DNA of 63,472 bases, the filler included, from Ministeria vibrans ATCC 50519 (Eukaryota; Protista; Filasterea): assembly GCA_943704425.1 (NCBI GenBank). It is 3 parts of 3 records of this genome, joined end to end, with 100 filler letters (N's around TTAATTAATTAA, not from the genome) between each part and the next. Parts side by side here need not be neighbours in the genome. Positions count along the whole stretch, not along the records: positions 30,465 to 48,966 come from CALSCP010000596.1; positions 49,067 to 63,472 come from CALSCP010000308.1; 1 more part is not named here. One strand, given 5' to 3'. This document shows, piece by piece, positions 41,335 to 58,236 of this stretch (position 1 is the first letter of the stretch; each line of letters begins with the position of its first letter). The notes below the pieces were generated by a model. It made no database searches and was not told the origin of the DNA. It saw only the letters and a program-made list of their open reading frames with translations. The position numbers and the translations under genes are program-made.

Positions 41335-41458
41335 AATAATTATTCCATGGTAATTGATTTCTTTGATTGAACAGACAACCGTCAAAATACGCAATCGTCA
41401 ATAATCAATTCTCAATAGCGTTTGTTACTTTGTTTGTTCGCCGTTCGCTTGAGTCCAC

Positions 41459-42597
41459 ATGTCCAGATCGCTGTGGATTGCCGGAATTGCGACGGGAGCG
41501 TGCATTGTGAGCCTGTTCTATGTCAGGCGCGCTCGACTACATGCTGCTCAACTTCTCCGCGAAATTGACGAGGCCAAGACACTCGCGGATACGGCTTTGA
41601 GGTTACGACGAGAAGAGCGTACAGGGCGAATTTCAGCGGAAAGGGCCTTGAGTGCTCAACGGCAGCAAGCGCTTAGTGCGACCTCGACCGGCCATGCCTC
41701 TCCCGCTGCCGCGACCTCTGCCGCTGCCTCTACTACCCCATCGCAGTCTCTCTTTGCGTGTGAGCCTATTGGATTTCTCCAGTCTGTATTTGTGGGACGG
41801 TTTGGCTGCCCACGACAGGTTTCGATTCTTGCATGATTGTGTGTTTGTTTCAACTCCTCCTCTGTCCTTAGGGGTCGGTTGTGCCCTCGTCGAAAGCCAG
41901 GCTTACACTGAGGCGTAGTGTGGTTGACGGACGAGCTGCTCTGGCAGGCCTCGAGCAATTTTCTCACGTCTTTCTCGTGTTCGTCTTCCACAACAACACC
42001 AACACGGGCAAAGGATCGATCAAGGCGTGTGTAGCACCGCCGCGCCTTGGTGGTCAGCGCACCGGACTCTTTTCTACGCGCACCCCTCATCGGCCAGCAC
42101 CCATTGGCTTGAGTCTGGTGCGACTGGACCGCGTCGAGGGCGACACACTCTGTCTGTCGGGCATCGATCTTCTCGATGGCACGCCCATTCTTGATGTTAA
42201 GCCATTCATTCCCGTGTGCGACACTGTTCCCGACGCTCTTTATCCTGCCTGGATTGACACTGCTCCCGTCGCACCCATGACAGCCGTTCATCTCTCGCCA
42301 CAATTTCCTTCCCTCATCCAACACCTTGCTGCCCGTTCACCCCGCTTTCGTCAACTCTATCCGCACCAAGACCTATTCTTGCAGCTGTGTCAGGAACTGT
42401 TTTCCAATGATCTGCGCTCACAGCACCGCCGCAGTGTAAACGACCCAACCGAACGCTTCACTGTGCGCCTGCGTGCCATTCGTGTTGTGTTCACCGTCGA
42501 CGCCGATCGTATCGTGCATCTCGTGGATGTCCTCCCCGACAGTGAAGATGGAGATGAGACCATTGATCGAGACAGCACTGACCAAGAACATGTGTGA
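41459..42597 (+). CDS. TRMO: tRNA m6t6A37 methyltransferase TRMO/TsaA with N-terminal TM and coiled coil
   Basis: PIGFL..F..RFGCPRQ, GLEQFSHV, PPRLGG, GLFSTRTPHRPAPIGLS, GIDLLDGTPILDVKP. Confidence 0.92.
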
Positions 42598-42717
42598 AAA
42601 GGACGAGTGCTTCATGGAGTTTCAAGGTTGTTTTTGTACTGTGTAAAAAGTATTAAAGTAAAAACTAAAACATAAATAAAGTATAAACATAAAATATATT
42701 TCCATTTTCCTCTTCCA

Positions 42718-44055
42718 ATGTCTTCGCCACCATCTGCCAAACGTGTTCGATCCACTCCAGTGATCGGAACACACAACGGATCGTTCCACTGCGACGAAGT
42801 CTTCGCGTGTGTCATGCTCAAGTGTTTGCCGCTGTACAAGGACGCAACCATCACGCGCACTCGCGATGCCGAGACCCTGAACGGCTGTGACATTGTGGTG
42901 GACGTTGGAGGCGAATTCGACCATGCCCGTCTTCGTTACGACCATCATCAGCGGTAAACAGGGACACGGTGGTTTTTTTCATTCTCAAGCTCCCTTCTCC
43001 TCTTCTCCCCTCTCGTGCTTCAGCGGCTTTGAGCATACCATGCACAGTATTGACGAAAGCCGGCCCTGGGTTACCAAGCTGAGCAGCGCCGGCCTCGTGT
43101 ATGCGCATTACGGCAAGGAGGTGCTGCGCCAAGTCATCGAGCAGAACGCGTGGGCGTCCGCCGACTTCACCGACGCTTCTCTCGACATTCTCTACTGCAA
43201 AATGTACGAGGTGTTTGTTGAGGAGATTGATGCTATCGATAATGGCATCTCCCAAACAGACGGAGAGAAACGGTGAGGAACAACATGATTTTTCTCTCAG
43301 TCACACAGCAACTCATCTCAACTCATGTTTTGTGTTTTTGTTTGTTTGTTTTCTTTTGTTTCTCAGTTACCGTATTTCATCGAATATTTCGGCTCGTGTT
43401 GGCTTTCTTTCGCCTCGATGGAACGATGAGACACAAGATTTTGATGTAGGTTTAAGAGAAGGAAGATTGTCATAGTTATTAGTTTTTTCGTAACAAACTT
43501 CTTCTCATCCTCGTCTTAGGCGCGCTTCTACAAGGCAATGGACATGGTCCGTGCCGAGTTCTTCGATCGTATTAGTTACTACGTTTCTGCGTGGTTTCCT
43601 GCCCGTTCAATTGTTCAACAAGCGATTGAGACGCGCTTCGAAGTGAGTCGCACTTATGAACCCTCAAAAGAATTCATTTGTTAAATTTTTTTTTGTACTA
43701 GTGCGACGCCAGCGGAGAAATTGTGACGTTTGGCGCCAATGGTGGTGGATGTCCATGGAAAGGACACCTGTACGACCTTGAGAAGGAGCTGGCAGTGCCC
43801 GTGCCCATCAAGTATGTGTTGTACGCCGACCAGAATGGCAAGTGGCGCATCCAGTGCGTCTCCGTCGGCGATGGCTCCTTTGCAAACCGCCTGTCGCTGC
43901 CGGAGCCCTGGCGCGGCATTCGTGACGACGCTCTCTCGACTCTCACCGGCATTCCTGGCGGTATCTTCGTTCATGCCGCTGGCTTCATTGGCGGCAATGC
44001 CACCTACGATGGCGCCCTTGCCATGGCTCGCGCTGCTCTCTCCTTCACACCTTGA
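42718..44055 (+). CDS. MYG1: MYG1 exonuclease
   Basis: [55 protein letters not shown]. Confidence 0.95.
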
Positions 44056-44189
44056 CCCTTCTCTCTCTTTCTTGTCTGTACTGTAAACAAACAACTCGAA
44101 GCAACATGCGCACCAAACTGATAAGTATAAAAAATTGTGTGTGTGTACGTGTGTGTGTGCGTGTATGTGTGTATTCGTCAGTCTTCCCC

Positions 44190-47100
44190 TCACTTGGCCT
44201 TCTTCAGCTTTCCAGTAATGTTCTTGACTGCACTCGCCAAAACGTCCATTTGAGGATCCTACGACAGTTAGCCTGAATAAGAACAAGAAAACAGCAAGAG
44301 AAGAACGTACAGGGTTTTCTTTGGCGTAGTCCTTGAGGGACGCCTCGTGCTCGACGTAGTAACGATGGACGGCCGAGAGGGCGCGCGCAGTGACAATGGG
44401 CTCCTGGACCTCTGTCGTGGCTGGGTAGTCGGGCATATCCTGTGTGATGGGTGCACATGTGCATGTGATGTGTGAGGATTGCGTCTTGTTCATCAGTGAA
44501 TGGCGAATAAGTGCGCGTCCTTACGGCGAGATCGTCAATGAAGCGCTGCATGCGACCCGTTGTCTTGGTGATGAACACATTGACGTCCTTCATATAGGGC
44601 TCTTTCGCGCCAAACCCAGACAAATTGGCCAGATTCTGCAGCGACTTTGCAACGAGCGTGAGAGTGCGCGCAGTGTGCTCAGTCGGGTGGTCTAGAGACA
44701 AATGAATGGTGTGAGGAAAAGCGTAAGCAAACACATTCATTAAAACGAATTGTTTGTATTGGTCCCCTACCTGGCATCATGTTGAACAGCTTTGGGTTGA
44801 GAATGGCCGCACAGAAGAACCGGAGAAAGATAAACCCACTGAAAGGAATACAATATATATATAAATGAGAACACCTTAAAATGAATCATGCAATACTGAT
44901 GAACGACACGACCAAAAGGAAACACGTCACTTTGACTTGTCCTACCTGACCGCAGTATATTTCACAAGGGGATCGGAGAACTTGGTCGCAACGGACTTTT
45001 GCAGGTGGTGAATCACATAGCGCAAAGAGCTACAGCACAAAAAAGTTAGAACAATGCAGTCATAAACAAAAGTATACTTACAGAGGACAGCGTTCGACCG
45101 ATCGCTCAATGTCACTCCAAAAGCCATCCAGTAGATCCAACAGACGCGCCAAGTTGGCTTTGGCATCCATTCCCTTTTCCAGCCGCGACGGATCCAACTA
45201 CAAAATAAAACACCACCCAAAGAGACAATGTCAGAAGGGATCAACCCACCCCTCTTCCCCTCAAAACCCCCTGACATTTCGCAACAACCAAAAAGAAAAA
45301 AGAAGAAAAAACCTAACAAACGAAACAAAAAAGCAAAAAAAAACAAAAAAAAGCAACCTACCTCGCAGCTGAGCTTGCTCTCAAAGACATCCTTGACGCG
45401 GTCGAGAATGGTGTTGTGCAGATAGTCCATGCCGACCATCTTCATGAACTGGTCCATGGCTTTGCTACCCAGCGAATTGCTGCGGAACAGCGTGTTCGCA
45501 TCGTTGCTCTTGCTCACCTCGAATGCACAAATGCGCCGCAACAACTCGGGACCTCTGCCTTCGTGCTCAAACACTCGCAAGAGCGTTCGCGCAATCTCAT
45601 CGCGTTGCTTTCCCACCGCCCCAATGGCACGCACGCAGTACAGATCTCCCCCTTCCTTGGCATTCTTCTTCTTCTTCTTGTTCGTGCTCGAGTCTCCCTC
45701 GCCCGCCATCAACGCACGCATCAAGTCTTGGTACTCCACCAAAGGAAGCACAATCTCATCTGTGCTCTTTGCCGTCAAACGCACCTAATAAAAACCCCCA
45801 AGGGAGAAAAGAACGAGAGAAAAAATCAGAATGAGGAACAACGTGAAAATGTGTTTCGTTTTTCACACCTGTCCACAGCGACTCTTTCCATCGTTAGACA
45901 CAAGCTGAAACCACACATCAGAAATTTTCTCGGTCGTTGCGCGTGACATGGGAACCGTCACGGTGGCAATTTCGCTGTCTTTCAACAGTTTGTGTCGAGT
46001 GTGCAAATGAACCTGGAGACAAGGAAATGATCAAACACAAACACAAACACAAAGAATAGAAATAATATCCACATACGGTGAAGCTCTGAGTCTGAACCGG
46101 CAGATCATCAAAGATAAACTCCTCGCCCCAAAAGGCAGCGGCACGTGGCTTGATCTGAGTGCGCGCCTGCATGACCGAGTCCAGCGACACAATGCAGTAG
46201 GGTGTGCTCGCCTTGGACGGCAGTTCTTTGGCCTCCTTCACGCCCAAAGTCAGCGATCGAATTCGAATTGTCTCCGTTCCGTCCATTGTTTGCCTATATA
46301 ATGCAACACCATTTTCTCGTGTCACGCATCTCGCTCTACGTTTCTTTTTTTTTTTTTTTTTTTTTTTTGGTACGTCTGGGGAGTGCGCTTTCGTCGGCGC
46401 AGCACACGCAACCATGCATCGCGCTCTTCTGTTGTGTTCGCCCGCAAGTAGATTGTCTCATTGTCGACACCCTTTGATTTTTGAAAAAAAAAACCTCATT
46501 CAACATGATGCACAAAAAAAGAGTCAAACTAATATAATAATAATAATAATAATAATAAGAATAATAATAATAAGAATAATAATAAGAATAATAATAAGAA
46601 TAATAATAATAAGAATAATAATAATAAGAATAATAAGAATAATAATAATAATAATAAGAATAATAATAAGAATAATAATAAGAATAATAGAATAAGAATA
46701 ATAATAATAATAATAATAATAAGAATAATAAGAAGAAGAATAATAAGAAGAATAATAATAATAATAAGAATAATAATAATAAGAATAATAATAAGAATAA
46801 GAATAAGAATAAGAATAAAAATAAGAATAATAATAATAATAAACGTACCTGGACAATGATTTGAAAACAATTGGGACGACCAAAGAACGAGTCGTGTAGG
46901 GAATGTACTGAACTGCTGTCAAGGTCAATAATGCCCTTGGGCCGCAGAGAGGTCTCCGTCTCGAAAAAGTACATAAGGTTCTTGGAGTTGAGCAGCGCAA
47001 AGTGCATTCGCTTCCACTTCTTCTTGATCTTGCGCACAATGGCACCCGTCTTCTCATACTTTCCCTTCTTTTTGCTCTGGAACGTCGGCTTGCGTCCCAC

Positions 47101-48689
47101 TGACGTCGACACGGCGACGGCAGGTGCAAGACTCTGAATGGACGCGTTGGGGTTAGGGCCGGGGCCGGGCATGCTTGGCTGGCGCGACGCAGCGTGACTC
47201 GACGGAGCAGTGTCCTCTTCGGGCAGGTCACTCTGCTGACGAGACACAGGCACCGGCGGCATCAGACCATACAACGACTCGTACACATCGTCAGAGACTC
47301 CACCCTACAAGAAAACGATACAATCGTAAAAAAAAAGACCGCCCAACGAAACCAACATTAAATCATGACACAAGTGAGTTGCGTACGGGTGGTACAGGAT
47401 GACCAAGACACAAATGATCGGTCAGTGGCTCTTCCATGTAGCGTGCGACGATCTCACTGAGGCTGGAAAACACGCGACGGCCAAACTTGTACTGGTGACC
47501 AATCGTCTCGATGCGGAAGTGCTTCACTGTATCGTTCACTCTGTGCACAAAAAATCAAACCATGTAAATAAAAAAGTTAATTAATACTAATGCTGTTGTT
47601 TTGCGTACCGGAAAGAGATGGAAATATCACCAGGTGACTTCTCACTCTCGCGCATGAGGTAGCTCTGTGACCTTCCCTGGCGCGACAAAATGTCTTCCGC
47701 TTCGGGTCGTGAGATCATCCCGTGAAACCAGTATTTTTTCTCGGGGACACGTGCCGTGTCAACAACACTCTGCAAGTGAACAAACAAAAAAAGAAGAGAT
47801 TGTTCAATATTATTTTAGTCGGTTTTCTTTTTACCTTTTGGGTGACCATTGTGCCGGGAATGTACCCTTCGCGAGTCGGCTCGGTGTCAGTACGTGCCCA
47901 AAACCAACCACTGTCGTCACGATGCAAAACCTGTCAATAAAAATAATAATAATAATAACAATAATAATAATAGTAATTATATTAATAATAATAATAATTA
48001 TTATAATTAATAATTATTAATAATAATTATTATCATTATACCGTGAGAGTATCGCCGCGACTGAACGAGAGTTCCTGCTCCTTTTCGCGGCCCACATAAT
48101 CGTGTAAAGCAATGACAATGTCCTGAGCAATGACATCAATGGCCTTTTTGGTCTCAGGCGCCACAGGGCTCTCAAGACAGTGGTTGTTCAGAAGCGGCAC
48201 CGTGATGTAGTGAGCGACCAATTCGCGCAACGACTCGTAGCATCCTCGCCCAATGTAGAAGTAACCCATTTCCGTGATAATCTTAAAGTGTTTCACACCG
48301 TCCAGGCTGAAGGAAGAACGAGGTGGCAACAAAAATAAAAATGACAGAGAGTCGGAGATGAACAAAACATCTCATCTCATCTTTCGTACCGAAACGACAG
48401 TGAATAGTCTCCGGGATGACGTACGCTACTGCGCAGCAAATAGGATCCGTTCTTGCCAGCGGTCATGAGACATCGGTCAGCTTCCTCGCGGCTCATAGGA
48501 CCGTGAAAAAAGCTTTGCGGGATGCCATTAGAAAGCGATAAACGAACACTAACAAAGAAAAACGAGAAAAAAAAAGCCCCTTGGCCCTTACTCGTCTTCA
48601 AAGGGCGCCACAACCGTCGACGGCTGGGGCACCTCATCGGGGATTTCGTCGTCCACATCAAAATCGTCGTCGACCTGAAGGTCCGCCAT
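44190..48689 (-). CDS. RASA1: p120 RasGAP (SH2-SH3-SH2-PH-C2-RasGAP)
   Basis: SH2 (FHGPMSR..SYLLRSS), SH3 (ALHDY..ELSF..GWFW..GYIP), SH2 (WFHGMISR..YLMRES), PH (PKGIIDL), C2, GAP (LFRSNSL, FLRFFCAAILNP, VAKSLQNLAN). Confidence 0.92.
46535..46840 (+). repeat. (TAA)/(GAATAA) microsatellite in RASA1 intron
   Basis: Compound AAT/AAG run. Confidence 0.9.
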
Positions 48690-48966
48690 GGACTGCAAGC
48701 GAGAGAGTTGTCTGCGCAAAAAGAAAGCAAAAGGTTCAAAGGACGCGAGCTTTTTATCTGCGAAAGAAACACCCAATTTTGATCGACTGGGGACAAAGCG
48801 GCAGAGACGCATCCAACGGGAAATCGTATTGACACACGTCAAAACGCAACAGAGAAGGGGTGCGCACGGGGATGGGAGGCGGACGCCGCGGGACGGAAGT
48901 GCGACACGAACGGTGTCAATGCGACGCGAAAGAAACTCTTTCGCCGAAATGTCCCGATGAAAAAGT

Positions 48967-49066
48967 NNNNNNNNNNNNNNNNNNNNNNNNNNNNNNNNNN
49001 NNNNNNNNNNTTAATTAATTAANNNNNNNNNNNNNNNNNNNNNNNNNNNNNNNNNNNNNNNNNNNN
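48967..49066. other. Artificial 100-nt scaffold linker (N44-TTAATTAATTAA-N44)
   Basis: Same spacer as at 30365; the V-ATPase E 5' exons are not found next to it. Confidence 0.95.
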
Positions 49067-49753
49067 CTCTCTTTTTTTCTCGGTGTCTCTCTGTGTCTCT
49101 CTCTTTTGTCGTTTGCGCTGACATCAACCGCACATGCGCGTGCTGCTGCGGCGCCGACGACGCAGCGCACCCCCCCTGCCCTGCTGCGTGTGCTGCGGGG
49201 CCCCGGCCTGCGCTGTCGTCGCTGTGCGGCTGAGGGTGACATCGTCTTTTCTTTTCTTTTTATTGGGTGTCGTTGGATGTCAGTGGGGACTGCGGCCGAC
49301 TGCGCTGCCGCCCTTGACCGCGTGCGGGGGGTGTCCTGGGGAAACGGGGGCTCCAAGAGGGGGTGTTGCTGCCGAGAGAGGAGATGATCGCGAATCAAGT
49401 GTATTTTGATGGATGGGGAGCGCAGAGGACAGAGAAGCGTCGTGGAGAGGGGCAGCCGTGTGGGGTGGGAGGCTGTGGTTGCTGCGAAGAAGGCCCAACT
49501 GCTATCAATTGCACGCTGGGCGACAAATTGCCCAAAAATGATACCAAATGAGACCAAATATGCGCGAATGGCTAAAGTGTGTCTATGTCTGTGTGTGTGT
49601 CTGTGTGCGTGTGTCTGTGTGTTGCGTGACATAGGATGCGTGTGTGGGGGGGTCTTCTTGTTGTGATCCCGTCGACTTTTGGGTGTTTTTTTCGTGTGAA
49701 GGAGACAATTTGAGGGACTCATTTTGCTAACCTTTCTTTTTTCGCTTTTGCAG

Positions 49754-50374
49754 GGCCGTCTTGTGCAACAGGAGAAGCTGAAGATCACGCAGATGTACGA
49801 GCGCAAGGAGAAGCAGATTGACGTGAAGAAACGCATTGCATACTCAAACGAGTTGAATATTGCGCGTTTGCGGACGCTGAAAGCGCGCGACGAGCACATT
49901 AAGAAGATTTTGGCAGAGGCACAGGTTGCACTGGGCAACGTGGCCAACGACCCTGCCAAGTACAAGAAGCTCATGCAGGATCTGCTCTGCCAAGCGCTCT
50001 CGCAGCTGCTCGAAGATGAGGTATGTGGTGAATGCGTAGTGACCGACTATTTGTGCTGAAAGGACGATGCGTTTTGTGTGTAGGTTGTTGTGCGGTGCCG
50101 TGCGACGGACGTGGGATTGGTGCAGTCGGTGACTGCGGCTGCGGCTGCGTCGTACAGTGCGCTGGTCAAGGGCAAGACGGTGAAGATTACGGTGGACGCA
50201 AGCAACCCCCTTCCATCGACCAACTCCGGTGGACTCATTGTGTCCACTGTCGATGGTAAGATTATGGTCGAGAACACTCTCGAGGACCGTCTCCAACTCG
50301 TTGCTACCCAACTCCTTCCTGAGCTGCGCACCATCCTCTTTGGCAAGTCAAAGACTCGTGTCTTCTACGACTAA
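49754..50374 (+). CDS. ATP6V1E: V-type ATPase V1 subunit E (5' exons missing)
   Basis: GRLVQQEKLKI..YERKEKQ, SNELNIARLRTLKAR, VENTLEDRL, LPELRTILFG..TRVFYD. Confidence 0.93.
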
Positions 50375-50471
50375 AACACAAGAAACCCCCGACATTAAAA
50401 ACCCAAAAAAAGAAACTTTTATACACAAATCATACAGAGAGATAGAGAAAAGGAGATGGGAGAATTTAGAG

Positions 50472-52085
50472 TTAGTCTGACTTGAGGACCTGGACAGTAC
50501 ATGCGGTGGCTGTCTTTGCGGCAATAGCGTGGACGTGTGCGGCGACTGACTGTGCGTCTGCGTCGCGCGAGACCCGCACGTGCAGCGTACACACCGTCTC
50601 GTTGTACGTCTGCTGCCAGAAGTGCTCTTCCGACGTGTTGAGGACGTCAGGAAGAGTGTTGATCTGCCAAAAAGACGCGATATTCTTTTAGAGTTAGGGT
50701 TGCACTTGCAATTATAAGGGATTTAGATTAAAGGAAATGGAGGGTCTTACCTCTCTGAGAATCTTCTCAATCTCCAGTGACTTGTGCTCGGGGCTGGTCT
50801 GCAACAGAATGCGTCCATGATGGATGCTGATGGGCAGTAGTGTCCACAGAATGAGTCCCGCAATCAGAATCGCCACGAGTGAGTCTGTCTGTTCCCATCC
50901 ACTGCAAAAATCGTCAAAAGAATAAATTAATGGCAATTTGATTGGTTGGTTGTGGTACGGGATGTCGGAAGCAATGGCAGAGAAGACAACACCGGCAGTG
51001 GCAACAAACGCGCTGAGAATGTGAGTGTTGACGGGAGAGCACTGCAAAATAGCCTAACAAGAGAGAGAGAGGAGGGAGAAAAAAAAACAAATGATAGAGA
51101 GAGAAGGGAGAAAAAAAAATGATAGAGAGAACGAAAAAAAACAAAGAGAGAAAAAGAGAGAGAGAGAGAAAAGAAGGGAGAGAGAAACAAAGTGATAGAG
51201 AGAGATGAGTCTCGCACATATATACTAACAGTATCGCTGTACTTGGAGGCAGTAGCCCGGCCCACAGACGGAGTAGGTGAGAGACTCCATACTGCGCTTG
51301 AGAGAGCGGGATGTGCTTTCGCTCGCCTGATGCGCCTGTGCGTACCGCTGCACCGACAGAATCCCAATGAGGTGGAAGATGAGCCCAATGAGAGCCGCGG
51401 GGATGAGCCACGCGGGGTTTTGGATCTTGTGCGGCATCAGGGTGTGCTCGACGCCCTCTTTGAAGACAAAGAGACAGCTGAAGACGAGTGCAATGGTGCT
51501 GGCAAACACGCAGATGACTTCAACGCGCGTGTAGCCAAACGTGTGTGTTAGCGTCGGCTGCTGCTTGGCCACCCAGCCGGCGACAATCGCACTGAGCAGA
51601 CAGAGAATGTCGAACCAGGTCATGTAGGCAAACGCCCGCATTGCAAGGCTGTCCGTAAGGTGTCCGACATACGCGAGAAACACAAATCCGCACATCCCAA
51701 CGAGCGCCATTGCCACAATCGGACGGGTCCGCTGGTCGCGGAGGATGCCGCGAAAGAAGGACATCAGCGGACGCCAGTACACATGGGTGAACGACGTGCG
51801 CTGGATGGTGCGTCGTGGCGTAAGCGACTCGTCGACAACTTCGTATGTGTCGCGACTTGCGCCCTCCGCCACCCCAATGCCGTATCGATGGCTAAAAACA
51901 ACAGCACCGCCGGGAGGGGTGTAAGGGGGGTGTGTGCGTGCCGTGGTCGCCGTGCCTCCACGCATCCTTCGTGGCTCTTGCGGCCCTTTTGTATTTTTTT
52001 TTCAACTGTACCTTTCAGATATTCTGACGGGCGTATGGGGTGCTTGGCCGCTAGCGACACTTCGAGCGGTCACAACTGAACTCAT
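50472..52085 (-). CDS. SLC30A6: CDF zinc transporter, ZnT6-like
   Basis: FDILCL..HTFGYTRVEVICVFAST, GRILLQTSP, EEHFW..LHVRV; lacks the usual TM2 His, as ZnT6 does. Confidence 0.8.
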
Positions 52086-52228
52086 TTTGAAAGTAAATAC
52101 AAAAGTGATTGAGAATGGTGTGAGAATGATCAGAATGTGATCAGTGAAGTAGAACAAAACCCCAAAAACAGCAGAAACACTCCAAAATTGAAAAAATAAC
52201 ATAACTTTATCTACTTGAGCGCCTCTGG

Positions 52229-55361
<3,133 letters not shown>

Positions 55362-55458
55362 CCTCTTCTGGCTTAAACCATCCACGTTACCAAAAAAAAA
55401 GGGGGGGAGAAGAAGAAATTATAACACAAGAAGGGAGAAAGATAGAGAAAGAGCCAAG

Positions 55459-57440
55459 TTACGCAGTAGAGGGACCAGCCGAGTCGGAAGAAGAAGAAGG
55501 GGGAGCAGCGGAGCCCCAGTGAACATACTCGGGCTTCTCGGCCGCACGATACTCGTCAATCAGACCCTGTACAGTCTCACTGTGCACAACCCATAGACGC
55601 AGAGCGTGTCAGAGAGAGAAGGGAGAAAGGGAAAGAAAGGGATACAATGCGAGTGAGTGAGCGAGTGTGTGTCAGAATTAGATGCAAATGAAGATCATGA
55701 CAGTGTTAAATCGAACTGTGTATGGCCTTACCGTGACGAATCGAACTCTTCGAGCCCATCGCTGAAAATGTCTTCTTTGCAGAACATGTCGATAAAGGCT
55801 TTGCGTCGCATCAGTTGATCGTACTGACGTGCAGTGCGCTCAAACAGCTAAACAACATTGAGTGAGTGCGTGTATGTATGTGTATGTATGTGTGTATGTG
55901 TGTGTGTGTGTGTGTCAAAGTAGGAGAGGTGAGAGCTTACACTGGCAACACTGGTGTGATTACAAAGCATGAGGCCTGAGACGCGGTGGGCACTCTGAAC
56001 GTACGGGGAGGAGCGACTAAGGGCAACCTGGATGCTCGCAGGGCCCCACGGGATGAAGTTGGCAAGCTTGCGTTCGCGGATGCGCAAGAGACTCTTGTGG
56101 ACCTGGGTGGGGTCAACTTCACCCTGGATGATGTTGAGGATGGACACGTAGCAGCCCTTGCGCGTAGGCGTCGATACCATGATGTTCTTGGGCTGCAGGA
56201 GCCGCCGCATCACATCCAGCACAGTTGTTTTGCCTACCTGGTGCGAAGCAGTCTGTACGCAATACACACAGTGTATGAGTCAGTCATGCAGTCAGTCAGA
56301 AAGGTGAAATACCGTCTGGTCAGCAAAGAGCGGAGTGTAGCCACTGGTGAGAAAGTGGAGTTTGGGAGTGGGGATGAGAGAAGCAATGAGGCCGATGAGG
56401 TCGTTGTTCATGTAGCCCGGATAGCGCAGCGTGGACGTGCTGCTGGCCATGACAGTGCTCACCAGCTGGTTCACTTCCGTAAACGACGGCTTCGCCGTCT
56501 TCAGTCGCTCTGCTGCGATCCGGTCCAGCGCACGATTGTCAAGCACATTCTACCCCAAATCATTATTATACAATCGTACACACACATATATATGTATATA
56601 TATATATTATAATATATATATACACTCTCTATCACTTTGTTTGTTTCTTTCTCCTCTCCTCTCTATATATCTCTCTGTCGTGTTACCACTGAGTCTGCGT
56701 TAAGAATGAGTCGCTTGAGTGTCAACACTGAGTTGTATGGCTGTACAACAACATCACTTGTCTCGTCCTACAAACACACAAGAAAAGAGAAAAATGAGCA
56801 CCACGCATTTTCAACTGTTCGCTCCGTCACTCTGTTTTGTCTTTACCGCATTGGGAAACACTGAGTAGGTCTGAATGAGTTTCTTAGGGAATCGGTCGTT
56901 GAGACACTCAAGCACATACGAGCCCAGTCCGCTTCCGGTTCCACCGGCAATCGAGTGAGACAACACAAACCCCTGACACACACACACACACACACAATAG
57001 TTTAGTAAAACACACACTCCGTCAGTTTTTTTTTCCTGACTTCGAGTGAGTCGGAGTTGTCTGCTTCCCGGTCGACAATGTCAATGATTTCGTCTGCAAT
57101 TTTCTCGCCCTGTGAGTATCCGCTTGCCCAAATGTTGCCTGCACCGCCACCGTGTGTCGACATGTAGATGTTTTCGGGGTTGTACAGATGGCGGTATTCT
57201 GAGTTGCGGATTCCATTGATAACCTGCCAAACAAAATAAGTGTGAGTACAAGTCTGTGAGTCGGTGTCTATGCCCTCTATCACAATGCACTATCACTTTG
57301 CACTCTCACTACCATTTAGTCCTCCCTCCTTTCTCTCACTTTGTTCTTTCCTCTCCTTCTCTCTGTGTCACGATGATTCTCTCTCCCTCCTCTCTCTATG
57401 TGTTTCCTTCTCTCTCCCCTCTCTGTATCACGATGATTCC

Positions 57441-57474
<34 letters not shown>

Positions 57475-57971
57475 TTCTGTGTGTGTGTGTGTGTGTTTGG
57501 CGTACGCGAGGCTCAAGGTCGAGGAGCACTGCTCTCGGAATGTAGTGATCGTCGTCTGCCTAAGCAACAGAGATTGTATATTAGCAACTCTCAGGCAAGC
57601 ATGCGCCTGGGCCAGTGCCACCCACCCAAGGCCCGCGCGTCGTGAATTAAGCAGGGAGATGTCGTTGTCCGTTGAACAACGAGCGTTATTTTTTTTTTTT
57701 TTTGTCGTTTGACCAACCTGGTAGAAGAAGACGTCTTTTCTGTCGGAGCCATGCGTCGCAAAGGGCTCGAGGACGCCGTCGGGAGCAATGCCGTGCTCGG
57801 CGCAGAGCTTCTTCCAGAATTCCATGCCGACTAGAGAGGCAGGGACGACCGACGCAGTGAGTGGTTTGAACGGCTGTGCTTTTGGCGCGCAAAGCCAAAA
57901 CCAAAACGAGCGCACCGCTTACTTTGGTTGCCGCATTGGCCCAGTTGAAGGGTGATGATTTCACGAGGCAT
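55459..57971 (-). CDS. TUBG1: Gamma-tubulin
   Basis: [53 protein letters not shown]. Confidence 0.97.
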
Positions 57972-58236
57972 GCCGGAAAGTGAGCCAGTGAAGAAATAAA
58001 AATAGAAAATTAGAAATAATACAAATAAACAAACTCAAACGAAATTGTTAACTTTTGGGAATTAATTTGTTAAAACATAGTACGCTCGCTCGAATATGTG
58101 GCCAAGTGGCAAGTATCACTGAAGTATGTCTAATGTCTGGCTGCTGCCAAAAGATTCAAGACTGATTGACTCACAGATGTGTCACAGATTGTCAAAAATA
58201 AATTGAATAGTGTACTGTACAACAATTAAAGTTCCT

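Noticed and set aside
49015-49750. ORFs between the linker and V-ATPase E
   Set aside because: No recognisable protein features; most likely intron sequence of the truncated gene.
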